A stretch of DNA of 64,000 bases from Octopus vulgaris (Eukaryota): positions 143,344,001 through 143,408,000 of the forward strand of contig OX597818.1 of assembly GCA_951406725.2 (NCBI GenBank), written 5' to 3'. Below the pieces are notes generated by a model, which had not been told where the DNA came from, searched no databases, and saw only the letters and a list, made by a program, of their open reading frames with translations. Both the position numbers and the translations under genes were made by a program. Below, in pieces: positions 40,264 through 54,654 of this stretch (position 1 is the first letter of the stretch; the number at the start of each line of letters is the position of its first letter).

Positions 40264-40620
40264 TAGTTGTTAATACCAGACAACAACACAGACTGCTACA
40301 TAATGCTTCAGTAAGGCTGTGTCATTTTCTTATCACAGATAATATACATGTTCTTTATTATTTATCACCATAAAAACCAAACACGTCCAACTAACTTTTG
40401 TTACCGTAAAGGAAACATGAGAAAGACATCCTCTTCAGTTTAAAAAAAAACGGGTATCTTTTTTATTCTATACATTTGTTTATTTACAAAGAAAATCTTA
40501 CACTTTTTTTCTGCATTTGCAAGGCTACGACGTACTTTAGTCTCAGAGATATTCTTAACCCTTAATCTAGGCCGAAATCTACTGAATGACATATTGTTTC
40601 TACCACAGCCAAGAACTGGT

Positions 40621-40685
<65 letters not shown>

Positions 40686-40749
40686 TGCATGTATGTATGT
40701 GTATATGTATGTATGTATGTACAATTAGTTCAAAAACAGTTGTAATGCA

Positions 40750-41787
40750 TCAATGATGTTTTTAACCCCGCTAAAATTTTTGTTAAGGGTATGTTATTTG
40801 AGGTCGATCTGTTCATCTACCTTGGAAGATCTGCTCAAAATGATGGAAATCTTGATACAGAAATATAGCTGCGAATTCAAAGGGCAGCAAAAGCATTTGG
40901 TGTCTTGGAGTCACGCGTTTGGTGCCAGCGACATATAATTAAGAATACAAAGCTGGCTCTTTACAAATCCTTTGTCTTACCATCCCTGTTGTATTCCTGT
41001 GAAACTTGGACTTGATATGAATGGCATTTTAAATTATTGGAACAATTCCATCAAAATGATTTCATCGTATTTAAAAAATTAAATGGAGTTCTTTTACTCC
41101 AAACACAGATGTCCTTGCATCTGCAGGAATCACCTCAATTAAAGCTATGATATTGAGGAATCAAATGAGATGGTGTGGCCGTATTGTTCGAATGGCAGAT
41201 GAACGCATGCCGAAACAGCTGTTTTATGGTGAGCTTGCAGAGGGGAAACGCTATCGGCGTAAACCTAAGAAAAGGTTTAAGGACGGCATAAGGACTACTA
41301 TGAAGTCACTTGGAATAGATCCAGAAGAACAAAAGTGTGGAGTGGAGTGAAAGCATTTGAAGAGGCCAGGATAACGCAAGCAAGACTCATTAGAGATCTA
41401 AGGAAGAATGTTACGATCGAGAAGGTGAATGACAATGACCTTTTTGTGTGCACAGTCTGTGACAGCCCATGTCTGTCTTTTTCTGGGCTCAAATCTCATC
41501 TGCAAACCCATGGAAGACGAACCTCCACCAACTATTCTGCCTATATGTCTGTGCACACCTTTGAATGCAGTGTATGCCAGGAGGTTTGCAAATCCAACGG
41601 AGGCCTCAAAAGACATTTTAAGACCCACAAAGATCGGAACTTATCTGCAGCTCTTGGTGGTTCAAATCGGATGTGCAATATATGTGGGTGTCTTTTCAGA
41701 ACATTGTCTTGTTTAAAAAGCCACATCAGATGTTGAGGTGTAGGTACAGGAGGTGGTCAAACTCTGTATAAGAAGTAGACAACCACC
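40750..41787 (+). mobile_element. RTE-clade LINE 3' part with three C-terminal zinc fingers
   Basis: VLPSLLYSCETW and QMRWCGRIVRMADERMPKQLFYGEL, then CTVC..H..H, CSVC..H..H and CNIC..H..C in ORF 41335-41736. Confidence 0.9.
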
Positions 41788-42760
41788 ATGTATGTATGTA
41801 TGTATGTATGTATGCATGTATGTATGTATGTATGTGTGTATGTATGTATGTGTGTATGTATGTATGTATGTATGTATGTATGTATGTATGTATGTATGTA
41901 TGTATGTATGTATGTATGTATGCATGTATGTATGTATGTATGTATGTGTGTATGTATGTATTTTTTATGTATGTATGTATATGTGCATGTATGTATGTAT
42001 GTATGTATGTATGTATGTATGTATGTATGTATGTATGTATGTATGTATGTATGTATGTATGTATGTATGTATGTATGCATGCATGCATACATGTATGTAT
42101 GTATGTATGTATGTATGTATGTGTGTATGTATGTATGATGTATGTGTGCATGTATGTATGTATGTATGTATGCATGTATGTATGTATGTATTTATGTATG
42201 TATGTATGTATGTATGTATGTACGTATGTATGTATGTATGTATGTATGTATGTATGTATGTGTGCATGTATGTATGTATGTATGTATGTATGTATGTATG
42301 TATGTATGTATGTACGTATGTATGTATGTATGTATGTATGTATGTATGTGTGCATGTATGTATGTATGTATGTATGTATGCATGCATGCATGTATGTATG
42401 TGTGTATGTATGTATGTGTGTATGTATGCATGTATGTATGTATGTATGTATGTATGTGTGTATGTATGTATGCATGTATGTATGTATGTATGTATGTATG
42501 TATGTATGTGTGTATGTATGTATGCATGTATGTATGTATGTATGTATGTGTGTATGTATGTATGTTTGTACGTATGTATGTATGCATGTATGTATGTATG
42601 TATGTATGTATGTATGTACGTATGCATGTATGTATGTATGCATGTATGTATGTACGCATGTATGTATGTATGTATGTATGTATGTATGCATGCATGCATG
42701 CATGCATGTATGTATGTATGTATGTATGTATGTATGTATGTATGTATGTATGCTTGTATG
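41788..42760. repeat. ~1-kb imperfect (TATG)n array directly at the RTE 3' end
   Basis: Seen directly in the sequence. Confidence 0.97.
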
Positions 42761-43483
42761 TGTCGTTGAAAAGGGGTTAAGAATCCATAGAAATCAAAGA
42801 TTATAGGTAAAAGTAAAAGTGGAAACAACATGGAAGTATGATTAAAAATTAATGTTACATTTTTTTCTTTAAACGGACAGGATAACTAGTTTTATATTTG
42901 TTACATTAAGTAACTTCTAAAAATATTACCAGTGGTTTGTGTATGTCTATCTTATCATATATTAAAAATTCAAAGTCAAGAATTAGGAAATAAGAATTAA
43001 AAATTAGAAATTAAAGTTGTTAGTTGTCACATTCTGTGCATAATTAAGATGCATAAACATATTTTATGCGTTCACCTCACTGAAATTGGTTTAATCAATA
43101 GTGAAAATTATGAAGGATGAAATTTGGTGGTTCCAGTATAATGGATCAAATATGAAACTTCAAATATAGCGGATTAAATATAACAGACCAAATATTAGGA
43201 ATCAAATTTATTACAACGCTAGCCATGAATGTTGTTGCTTTAGTTGTTTAGTTCCAGATCTGTTCTTATTGAGCAGACTTATCAAAATAATTAAAGCCAT
43301 TACAATTCAGATTTCTTTTTGTTTGTTTTAGAACTGCATTATTTTCTGTATAATTTTTTTTTTTTTATAAAACAACAGTGCTTGATTCAAGAGTGATTTG
43401 GATATAAATGTTTCAATATTTACTTTTCACCGGGTTGTTCTTCTAATTGCTGACATTTGCTTATGAATTTGTCATAATATATT

Positions 43484-43716
43484 TATTTCTTTACAACCCA
43501 CAAGGGGCTAAACACAGAGGGGACAAACAAGGACAGACAAACGGATTAAGTCGATTACATCGACCCCAGTGCGTAACTGGTACTTAATTTATCGACCCCG
43601 AAAGAATGAAAGGCAAAGTCGACCTCGGCGGAATTTGAACTCACAACGTAACGGCAGACGAAATACGGCTACACATTTCGCCCGGCGTGCTAACGTTTTT
43701 GCCAGATCGCCGCCTT
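43484..43716 (-). mobile_element. Full-length Meta-domain SINE with 18-bp TSD
   Basis: TSD aatttgtcataatatatt at 43466-43483 and 43717-43734. Confidence 0.92.
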
Positions 43717-44366
43717 AATTTGTCATAATATATTGCTTCAATATGTTAGGTGATGTCTCTTTATATCTGATATATCTCCCGCGCAAATAGGGTGTAACTG
43801 ATATTTCCTGTAAATTTTAATATTTTAATTATGAATAAGGTGGCAGATGTTAGAATAGAGTGGTAGAAAAAATTATTTAAAGTCTTTAGTTACGAACCCT
43901 CATGTTCTAAGTTCAAATTTTGCTACGGTCCACTTTCCCTAACATAATCCGGGGTCGATATAAAATGTATTATTAATGTACAACAAAGTCACTCCTTTCT
44001 GTACGTTAATTGATAATATTATAATAACATAAAACACAACAATATATATATGATTATAGCCTATATATATGATTATAGTTTGCTGATAAGGCATAACAAT
44101 AGAGAAACATGTTCGGAGTTGTCACGCGCTGCCAAAATCAGACTCACTCCCCACCTCATTGCACACTATCTATTTTGAATAAGTTTTAGTAAATTAAAAA
44201 ATTCAGGGTTGTTTTCTCTACTGTTCCTGATCAGAATTAGTCTTATGTTTAATGATTCTCTCTTCTCACTACGGGTCTAATTATAATTAATTAAAATGTC
44301 TTGCACTTTACACTTAGAATCAACCTTGCCATATACCCTATGCACACAACTATACTTTCATACAAA

Positions 44367-44598
44367 AGGCGGCGAGCTGGCAGAAATGTTAGCACGCCGG
44401 GCGAAATGCGTAGCCGTATTTCGTCTGCCGCTACGTTCTGAGTTCAAATTCCGCCGAGGTCGACTTTGCCTTTCATCCTTTCGGGGTCGATAAATTAAGT
44501 ACCAGTTAAGCACTGGGGTCGATGTAATCGTCTTAATCCGTTTGTCTGTCCTTGTTTGTCCCCTCTATGTTTAGCCCCTTGTGGGTTGTAAAGAAACA
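44367..44598 (+). mobile_element. Full-length Meta-domain SINE with 16-bp TSD
   Basis: TSD tatactttcatacaaa at 44351-44366 and 44599-44614. A and B boxes present. Confidence 0.92.
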
Positions 44599-45237
44599 TA
44601 TACTTTCATACAAACAATCCTACTCGTGGCTTGGCACGACTGTTAGTTTCAGAGCGGATTCTGCGAAAAATACCCAACCACCATGTGACTGTGCTAAACC
44701 ATGTGACCGATTAAGTCTACCACCGAGTTACCGACATAATCCCTCTACAGGCTTCTGCAACGATCTCTCCGACGGAATTTTCCTGACAGAGATTGGGTCG
44801 GTCTAAGGTTTTGGTAAAATACAATTATTCAAATTGCTGCACTGTGGAATCAAGCCAAGAGCCATACTGTTGCGAAGCAAACTTCTTAACCTCACAACTA
44901 GCCATGCATACACTGTACAATACCAACAACAGAGAAAAGAACGCAACTGTTCTATTTTTATCGAGACAATAGCGAATCGCTGCCAGCAGGATGTGAAATA
45001 TAACCACTTGAGTTAGTGTATCCTGACTCCTAATCTTTAACTTTGTCAACTAAAAACTCTTCCTTAGGCACCAGGCACCAGGCACCTGGCACCAGGCAAC
45101 ATCTACAGTAATTTCTCGGTGTCAAAAGAGCCGGTTTCTAATTTGGGATTTAAGCCGAATGTTGATAAAGAATTAACTAAGTTATCTCTCTATTGTTTCA
45201 ACTGAAAGGATAAAAAATGATAGCGAGTGACTGTTAT

Positions 45238-45333
<96 letters not shown>

Positions 45334-45751
45334 GTGTGTAGGTGTGTGTAGGTGTTTGAGAAAGATGTATACACACACACGCCACATGTGTAGAAAGAGA
45401 AAGACACACTCACACAAAGAGAGAGAGAGAGAGGGGGGAGAGGGAGAGAGAGGGAGCGAGGGAGGGAGAGAGAGGTGGGGAGAGAAAGAAAACAATGATA
45501 GATATCAATTGGTGAATGTAACACGAGAGACATACGGAAATGATGAAAGAAGCATAGGAGAGAGAGAGGGGGAGAGAAAGAGAGAGTAAACAGAAGAAGG
45601 GGTAGAGATTGAGGGAGAAACAGAGAGTGTAGATAGAGAGAGGGAAAGGGGGAGTGGGTGAAATATGTATCTTGAAACAGATAACAAAGAAATACAAACA
45701 GATCAATAAATGCGAAGAGAAAGAATGTCTGTGTATAAGTGTGAACGTGTA

Positions 45752-46184
45752 TATATGTGTGTATGTATGTATGTATGTATGTATGTATGTATGTATGTAT
45801 GTATGTATGTGTGTGTGTATGTATGTATGTATGTATGTATGCATGTATGTATGCATGTATGCATGTATGTATGCATGTATGTATGCATGTATGTATGTAT
45901 GTGTGCATGTATGTATGTATGTGTATGTATGTATGTATGCATGTATGTATGTATGTATGTATGTATGTATGTATATGTATGTATGTATGTATGTGTGTAT
46001 GTATGTATGTATGTATGTATGTATGTATGTATGTATGTGTGTATGTATGTATGTATGTATGTATGTATGTATGTATGTATGTATGTATGTATGTATGTAT
46101 GTATGTATGTATGTATATATGTATGTATTGTATGTATGTATGTATGTATGTATGTATGTGTGTATATATGTATGTATGTATGTA

Positions 46185-46221
<37 letters not shown>

Positions 46222-46530
46222 ATGTATGTATGTATGTATGTATGTATGTATGTATGTATGTGTGTATATATGTGTGTATGTATGTATGTATGTATGTATG
46301 TATGTATGTATGTGTGTATGTATGTATGTATGTATGTATGTGTGTGTGTATGTGTGTATGCATGTATGCATGTATGTATGTATGTATGTATGTATGTATG
46401 TATGTGTGCATGTATGTATGTATGTATGTATGTATGTATGTATGTATGTATGTATGTATGTATGTATGTATGTATGTATGTATGTATGTATGTATGTATG
46501 TATGTATGTATGTGTGTGTGTGTGTATATG
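45752..46530. repeat. Imperfect (TATG)n array
   Basis: Seen directly in the sequence. Confidence 0.97.
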
Positions 46531-46760
46531 TACGGTTTAGAGATAAAATATGTACAACGAAGAAATTAATCTGGAGAGAGTGAGCGACGGTCGGGATGAA
46601 AGATGGAGTCAGTCCAAGACAAAAAGAGATAGATAGATACAGAGTGGGTGAACAGAGAAGGGAGAGAGAGAGAGAAAGAGGGAGAGAGAGAAATAGAGGG
46701 AGGGCGAGAGAGCATGGTAAAGTAAACCATGAGAAGAATTATATAGATACACAAACATCA

Positions 46761-46794
<34 letters not shown>

Positions 46795-46813
46795 AGTATA
46801 TATATATATATAA

Positions 46814-46880
<67 letters not shown>

Positions 46881-46946
46881 AATACATACATACATATATA
46901 TATATGTGTGTCTGTGTGTGAGTATATATGTATATATATATGTATG

Positions 46947-46981
<35 letters not shown>

Positions 46982-47026
46982 GTGTGCATATGTATGCATA
47001 AATGTTGTATATATTACTATATATAG

Positions 47027-47088
<62 letters not shown>

Positions 47089-47839
47089 AAAGTGTTATGT
47101 GTGTGTGTGTGTGTGTGTGTAAAGTGTTATGTGTGTGTGATTAAAGAAAAGAGGTAGAAGGTTAAGGAAAAGAGAGACAGAAGCTGGTTGGTGGTTGGGT
47201 GGGTGGACGGGGTGGGCGGGGTGGGGCTGGGAAGAGATGGTACATTGGAAATTAGAGTCAGATTATAATCTAATATTTACCCTTCTTCAAGACAATACCT
47301 ATTCATAAGGAGTTTGTTATTCCGGGCCAAAGTTAAATGATGCCAGTTGTTGTCTGTAACACCACAGACTGTTCCACTCTGTTGAGAAGTGTGCTGAGGA
47401 AGATTTCCCATATCATTTGAACAAGGAACAAACGAAAACAACAGACAAAATGAATATCTGTCTTGTATACCTAATGCCATGTCTTCATTTGTATGGCTCC
47501 AATAGGGTTTTCTCTCGCTCTCTCTCTCTCCATCTCTCTCTCTCTCTCACTTTATATGTGTGTGTATATGATATTGTGCTTGTGTGTTTGTGGGTGCGTA
47601 CGTGCTTCTCTCTCTCTCTCTTTCAATTTGTGTGTGTGTGTGTGTGCAGGTACATGTGTGCGTGTGTGTTTATCTATCTATCCGTAAGCGTATATTGAAA
47701 TATCGAAGATAATTATCAGCTTGCAACAAACATGAAAACATGGAGAGAATGTGAAGAGGCATACGACATAGAAGGACGGGGAGGGGCATGGCTGGAAGGA
47801 TAAATGAATTCGGCTTTACCTGATATATCTGAAGCATAC

Positions 47840-47927
<88 letters not shown>

Positions 47928-47948
47928 GTATATATATGTATATATATG

Positions 47949-47997
<49 letters not shown>

Positions 47998-48407
47998 ATA
48001 TATAAACACACACAGGCACACACTCTCACATTCACACATACTTATACATGTGTATGTGTGTTGCTATAAATAAATAAATAAATATAGAAAGAGAAAAGGA
48101 GAGAGAGAGAGACAGAGAGAGAGACAGAGAGAGAGACAGAGGTGGAGGGTGAGTGAGAGCATACCTTCACGTTCACACAAACATACAAATACTCAGATAT
48201 AAGGAGCAATAACGAAGTAGATAAGGTACTGAACGCCATGATTTAGAATCGGAAATTAATAACATACCACTGAAAGCAGCATCTCGTTGCTTGCATGAAG
48301 CTACTTTGATGCCCGAGGTGTTGTTGCTGTTGTTGTTTTGCTGCTAGTTAACCTGAATCGAGCATAATTAGGATCAAGAGCACGAGACACTACTTATTAT
48401 TATCATT

Positions 48408-49400
48408 GAGCTGGCGGAATCAGTTACTGCGTTAGACAATATGCATAGCGGTATTTTGTCCAGCTCTTTACGTTCTGAGTTCAAATTCCGCCGAGGTCGA
48501 CTTTGCCTTTCATCCTTTCGGGGTCGATGAATTAAGTACCAGTTACGCACTGAGGTCGATATAATCGACTTAATCCGTTTGTCTGTCCTTGTTTGTCCCC
48601 TCTGTGTTTAGCCCCTTGTGGGTAATAAAGAAATAGGTATTTCGTCTACCGCTACGTTCTGAGTTCAAATTCCGCCGAGGTCGACTTTGCCTTTCATCCT
48701 TTCGGGGTCAATAAATTAAGTACCAGTTACGCACTGGGGTCGATGTGATCGATTTAATACCTATGTCTGTCCTTGTTTGTCCCCTCTGTGTTTAGCCCCT
48801 TGTGGGTAGTAAAGAAATAGGTATTTTGTCCAGTTCTTTACGTTCTGAGTTCAAATTCCGCCGAGGTCGACTTTGCCTTTCATCCTTTCGGGGTCGATTA
48901 AATAAGTACCAGTTACGCACTGGGGTCGATATAATCGACTTAATCCGTTTGTCTGTCCTTGTTTGTCCCTTCCGTGTTTAGCCCCTTGTGGGTAGTAAAG
49001 AAATAGGAATCATTTACTGCATTAGACAAAATGCATAGCGGTATTTCGTCCAGCTCTTTACGTTCTGAGTTCAAATCCTGCTGAGGTCGACTTTGCCTTT
49101 CTTTCTTTCGGGGTTGAGCATTGGGGGTCAACGTAGCATTGGGGTCAATGTAATCGACTAAACCTTCTCTGCAAAATTTCACGTCTTGTGCCGACAGTAG
49201 AAAGAATCATTATCATTGAGCTGGCCGAAACGTTACTGCCTGGGACAAAATGTTCTTCCGGCTCTTTAGCTTCTGAGTTCAAATCCCTCAAGGTCAACTT
49301 TGCCTTTTATCCTTTCGAGGTCATTCAAAATAACGTACCAGTCAAGTACTGGAGTTGATGGATCAACTAACTCTTTCCTACTAAAATTACTACTAGCCAT
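48408..49400 (+). mobile_element. Head-to-tail array of about five Meta-domain SINE units
   Basis: The B-box region ttctgagttcaaat recurs at ~48471, 48655, 48841, 49061 and 49270. Confidence 0.9.
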
Positions 49401-49408
49401 GTGCTAAA

Positions 49409-50880
<1,472 letters not shown>

Positions 50881-50959
50881 GGAAATAACTCGAATTTAAT
50901 CCTGGATTATCTCCCTTAGCGTGATAAACCCCGACGGTACAAGGGTATTAATATATAGA

Positions 50960-51249
50960 TTATTATCATATGAAAGCTCACAACATATTTTGCTGGGTAT
51001 TATGGAAAGTGTTAGCTGTCCAAGGCCAGCAGACTAAGGTGACACTTGTTTACTGGTCATGCTTCAAGAACCCTGCAAAGAATTCTTGCAGTTCAAAGCA
51101 ATATAGATTTTTGTAGGTGTTCTACCTTCACGTTTGCACCAATTTTTTTCAGCCATGTTGATAGTTGAGTGTTGATACTTCCAACTGCACCAATTACTAT
51201 TGGTATCACATCTACTCTCTTCATTGACCACAACCATCGTATTTACCAC

Positions 51250-51250
<1 letters not shown>
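50960..51250 (-). mobile_element. R4/Dong-like 3' end
   Basis: VIPIVIGAVGSI...EHLQKSILL*TARIL. (ATT)n at 51250-51318. Confidence 0.75.
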
Positions 51251-51319
<69 letters not shown>

Positions 51320-51494
51320 GTTTATATATTTGTTTTGCAAGATTTTTGATGTGAAATCGCGTGTTGAAACAGATATTGTTGCATTTAGGAATGGTCATTT
51401 CGTCAGTTTAGCCAATAAAAACATACGCACTATATATTTGGTGTTACTTTGCTTCAGCGTTATTTATTTTTTACATTAATCTTAATCTTATTTC

Positions 51495-51539
51495 GGCCAG
51501 AGTTCTTTCGTCACAGTCCTGTGACCGCATCAGTGGTCC
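51495..51539 (-). ncRNA. Minimal hammerhead-like motif with variant core CUGAUGC
   Basis: cca-CTGATGC-g-gtcaca ggac tgtgac-GAAA-gaac-TC-tgg, within a non-coding element at ~51319-51690. Confidence 0.55.
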
Positions 51540-51694
51540 TTTGCTTTCTTCTTTCTTATTTGTGTGTCTCATCTTGCTAACGGTCAGCTATTTTGTATTT
51601 TGTATTTCTATTGTATGTGTCTTCATTTGCGCATGCGTATATCTCTATGTGCGTCTATGTTTAGTTAGTGTGTGTGTGTGTGGGGGGGTGCTTT

Positions 51695-52741
51695 TACCTG
51701 TTCCCACTTTCTCTGTATTTCTCCTTTTTAGTTCCAAATATTTTTCCCTATCAATGTCACTGTTTCGTGCTGTTGGTTGCTTTACAAGTTCTTCTGTCTC
51801 ATTACCCGAAGAGGGCTCCTCAAATACATCCTCTTCTTGGTTTTCTATAGTCCTTATTTCTATTTCATTTGTATTTGGTGTTATGCGGTGAAATCTGTTG
51901 ACTTTTTCTTTTATTTCTTCCAGCTCAGTGTCTGTGAGCCTCCTGTTTTCAATGATATCTCTTCAGACATTCCCTAACTTGTTGGGATCCATATTTAACC
52001 TTGAAGTTGGATTTTGTTCTCTCCATAATTGATGAGTCCTTTTTGTCGTGTTACCTTCTGATGGTGTGACTACCGCCGTGTAGTATGCTTCCATTACTAG
52101 TTTATACTCTTCCTGATTCCATTTAGTTCAAGGGGTTTTGCGTGTAGTATTGCTTGCATCGGTGGGGCTTAGGTTGAGGTTTTCCTCGGTTAAGTTGCCC
52201 ACAGTTTCCCGGGAGTGGGTAAAGTTCGAATCAGTAACCAAATTTTCGCTCCCAGCCTGACTCCTCAGTAGGGGGCGCGCTCCTTGTTGACCCGCGAGAC
52301 GAGCGATGCGGTATGGTTTGTTTTTATTGACTTTATCCATCATTGGTTAACTACTGGATATATTCATGGGGATTGGCCACATACTCCTTGAGTACCCGAG
52401 TGTGCCCTATGCGCATCACACACATTGCTGGTTCCGCTTTCAAAGCCGTTGTCCATCTGACTCTATGAATCATCCGCCCTCTCCGCCGTCTCAGACTTCA
52501 TGCACTTAAGGGAAGGTATCCCTTCAGCCACAACAGCAGTCTAACTGCCGTTGCCCCTCACTTAGTTTAGCACCACTGTCGAGTGGAGGTCCCGGGACAT
52601 GACCGCCGGCGTGCACAACCGGCTACTTAGAGTCATAAATGAGAGTTGAGCTTTTGTTTTGAACTAGTGATCATCATCATGCTCTTGTCATGCGACAGAT
52701 GATGAACAGAAGTGCTATCACTAACAAATACCCCATATGCC

Positions 52742-52742
<1 letters not shown>
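51695..52742 (-). mobile_element. R4/Dong-like LINE 5' part (5' UTR and N-terminus), starting right after (AAT)n
   Basis: ORF 52128-52343 continues past a stop as KWNQEEYKLVMEAYY...LTDTELEEIK, typical of an R4-clade N-terminus. Confidence 0.7.
52555..52742 (-). ncRNA. Putative HDV-like self-cleaving ribozyme at the LINE 5' end
   Basis: P1 GGGCAU/AUGUCC, P2 CUCUCAUUUA/UAAGUGAGGG, P3 GAC/GUC, J1/4 GG, P4 CCAC/GUGG and J4/2 GCUAA, all in HDV order. Confidence 0.55.
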
Positions 52743-52802
<60 letters not shown>

Positions 52803-52989
52803 ATTATTATTATAATTATTATTATTATTATTATTATTAATATTTTGCCTTTCACCCTTTAGGGTCGATAGAATAAGTAACAGCCAAGCACTGGGGTCAA
52901 CGTAATCGCCTTACCCTCCTGACCGGAAATTGCCGGCCTTGTGCCAAAATTTGAAATCATTATCATCGTCGTCGTCGTCTTCGTCGTCG

Positions 52990-53032
<43 letters not shown>

Positions 53033-53974
53033 TGTTTTCATTGACGCTTTTATTCTGGCAGATGTTATACTGACACGATACCAAAAGAGCGAGGCGTATC
53101 AAATGGGTCTTTTTCGCTCCATTATTATTATTGTTGTTGTTGTTGTTGATACTGTTGTCGTCATCGTCGTCGTCGTCGTTGTTGCTATTGTTGTTGTCGT
53201 TGTTCTGCCAAAGTCGATTTTGCCTTTCATACTTTCAGGGTTGATGAAATAAGTATCAGAGTGGATTAGGAATTTCGCTTCCCAAACACGAGATCCCTGA
53301 TTCAATGCGAGGGCTTGACATCATGAGTGACTTTTACCATACTCGACGAGCACTCGAAGACTTGTAAGTGAAAGCAGGAAGATGTTCGGAAGTCGGCGGC
53401 ATCAGCCTTACCAAATTCTGTTTCACACTTGAGTTTTCTGTGAAAATTACGCTGTGAACACGCATGTCCGTAGAATACTAAGACCCTTCACTCGTTAGTT
53501 CAAGAAAGCGGCGGTCTTTTAGTTGTTCGAACAACTGAATAATCATCGCCAAAATGGATGAAGTATCTATTTACACACGCACACTGCACACGCATGCTCT
53601 ATCCTCTCTCTCTCTCACGCACGCGCACACACACACACACAGACACTCACACACATACACACAAACACATACATATATACGGAGAACAACTCTTATAGGC
53701 ATACAAGGAACATGACAAAGTTGTGATCGCTAAAGTATTAGCAATCTCGCTGTAATTCCTCTGCTGTGTAACTACGAGTTCGCTTCCCCGGTTATAAATA
53801 TTATCAGGAGTGTCGATTTCTATCAATTATAAAGAATACGGTGACAGGTACATCGTCAAAATTTCTTCAGTTTAATAATTTACAGTTGGTCGTACAACAT
53901 AATTCTTTGGTTATTTGTAACCAAACATTTGAGCGGTATGACCGACTGTAAAATTAAAATTATGTACCTGTTTC

Positions 53975-54365
53975 CGTGGCTGTGTGGTAAGTAGCTTGCT
54001 AACCAACCACATGGTTCCGGGTTCAGTCCCACTGCGTGGCATCTTGGGCAAGTGTCTTCTGCTATAGCCCCGGGCCGACCAATGCCTTGTGAGTGGATTT
54101 GGTAGACGGAAACTGAAAGAAGCCTGTCGTATATATGTATATATATATATATGTATGTGTGTATGTTTGTGTGTCTGTGTTTGTCCCCCTAGCATTGCTT
54201 GACAACCGATGCTGGTGTGTTTACATCCCCGTCACTTAGCGGTTCGGCAAAAGAGACCGATAGAATAAGTACTGGGCTTACAAAGAACAAGTCCCGGGGT
54301 CGATTTGCTCGACTAAAGGCGGTGCTCCTGCATGGCCGCAGTCAAATGACTGAAACAAGTAAAAG
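53975..54365 (+). mobile_element. Bipartite tRNA-SINE
   Basis: Homologous to 14265-14700. Confidence 0.88.
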
Positions 54366-54381
54366 AAAAAAGAATATATAT

Positions 54382-54586
54382 TTCCTCTTTAAGAATAACT
54401 CCCTGAAGAAATCGAAAGAGTGAAGCTTATAACCCCATTTTTAATCCTACCAGTTGAGATTAAGTATATTTATGTGTGTATATACCACTACGTATACATA
54501 TGATTAATGATAGCTGATATGATTAAGAATGGAATTATAAAGATCCACTCTTTCGATTTCTTCAGGATGTTATTCTTAAAGAGGAA
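54382..54586. repeat. Fold-back inverted repeat (~75-bp arms)
   Basis: ttcctctttaagaataac..cctgaagaaatcgaaagagtg pairs with cactctttcgatttcttcagg..gttattcttaaagaggaa. Confidence 0.9.
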
Positions 54587-54654
54587 TAGTAAGATTGAAA
54601 CTTGAATGAAAAGCTTCAAAATTAATTGTCAGCTGTTATTATACATATTCATTT

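Noticed and set aside
41335-41736. Host C2H2 zinc-finger gene
   Set aside because: It is contiguous with the RTE RT thumb sequence and followed by a LINE 3' end.
41726-42831. Long ORFs (up to 338 aa) of MYVC/HTYI repeats, also at 45234-46583
   Set aside because: These are translations of (TATG)n microsatellite, open in multiple frames on both strands.
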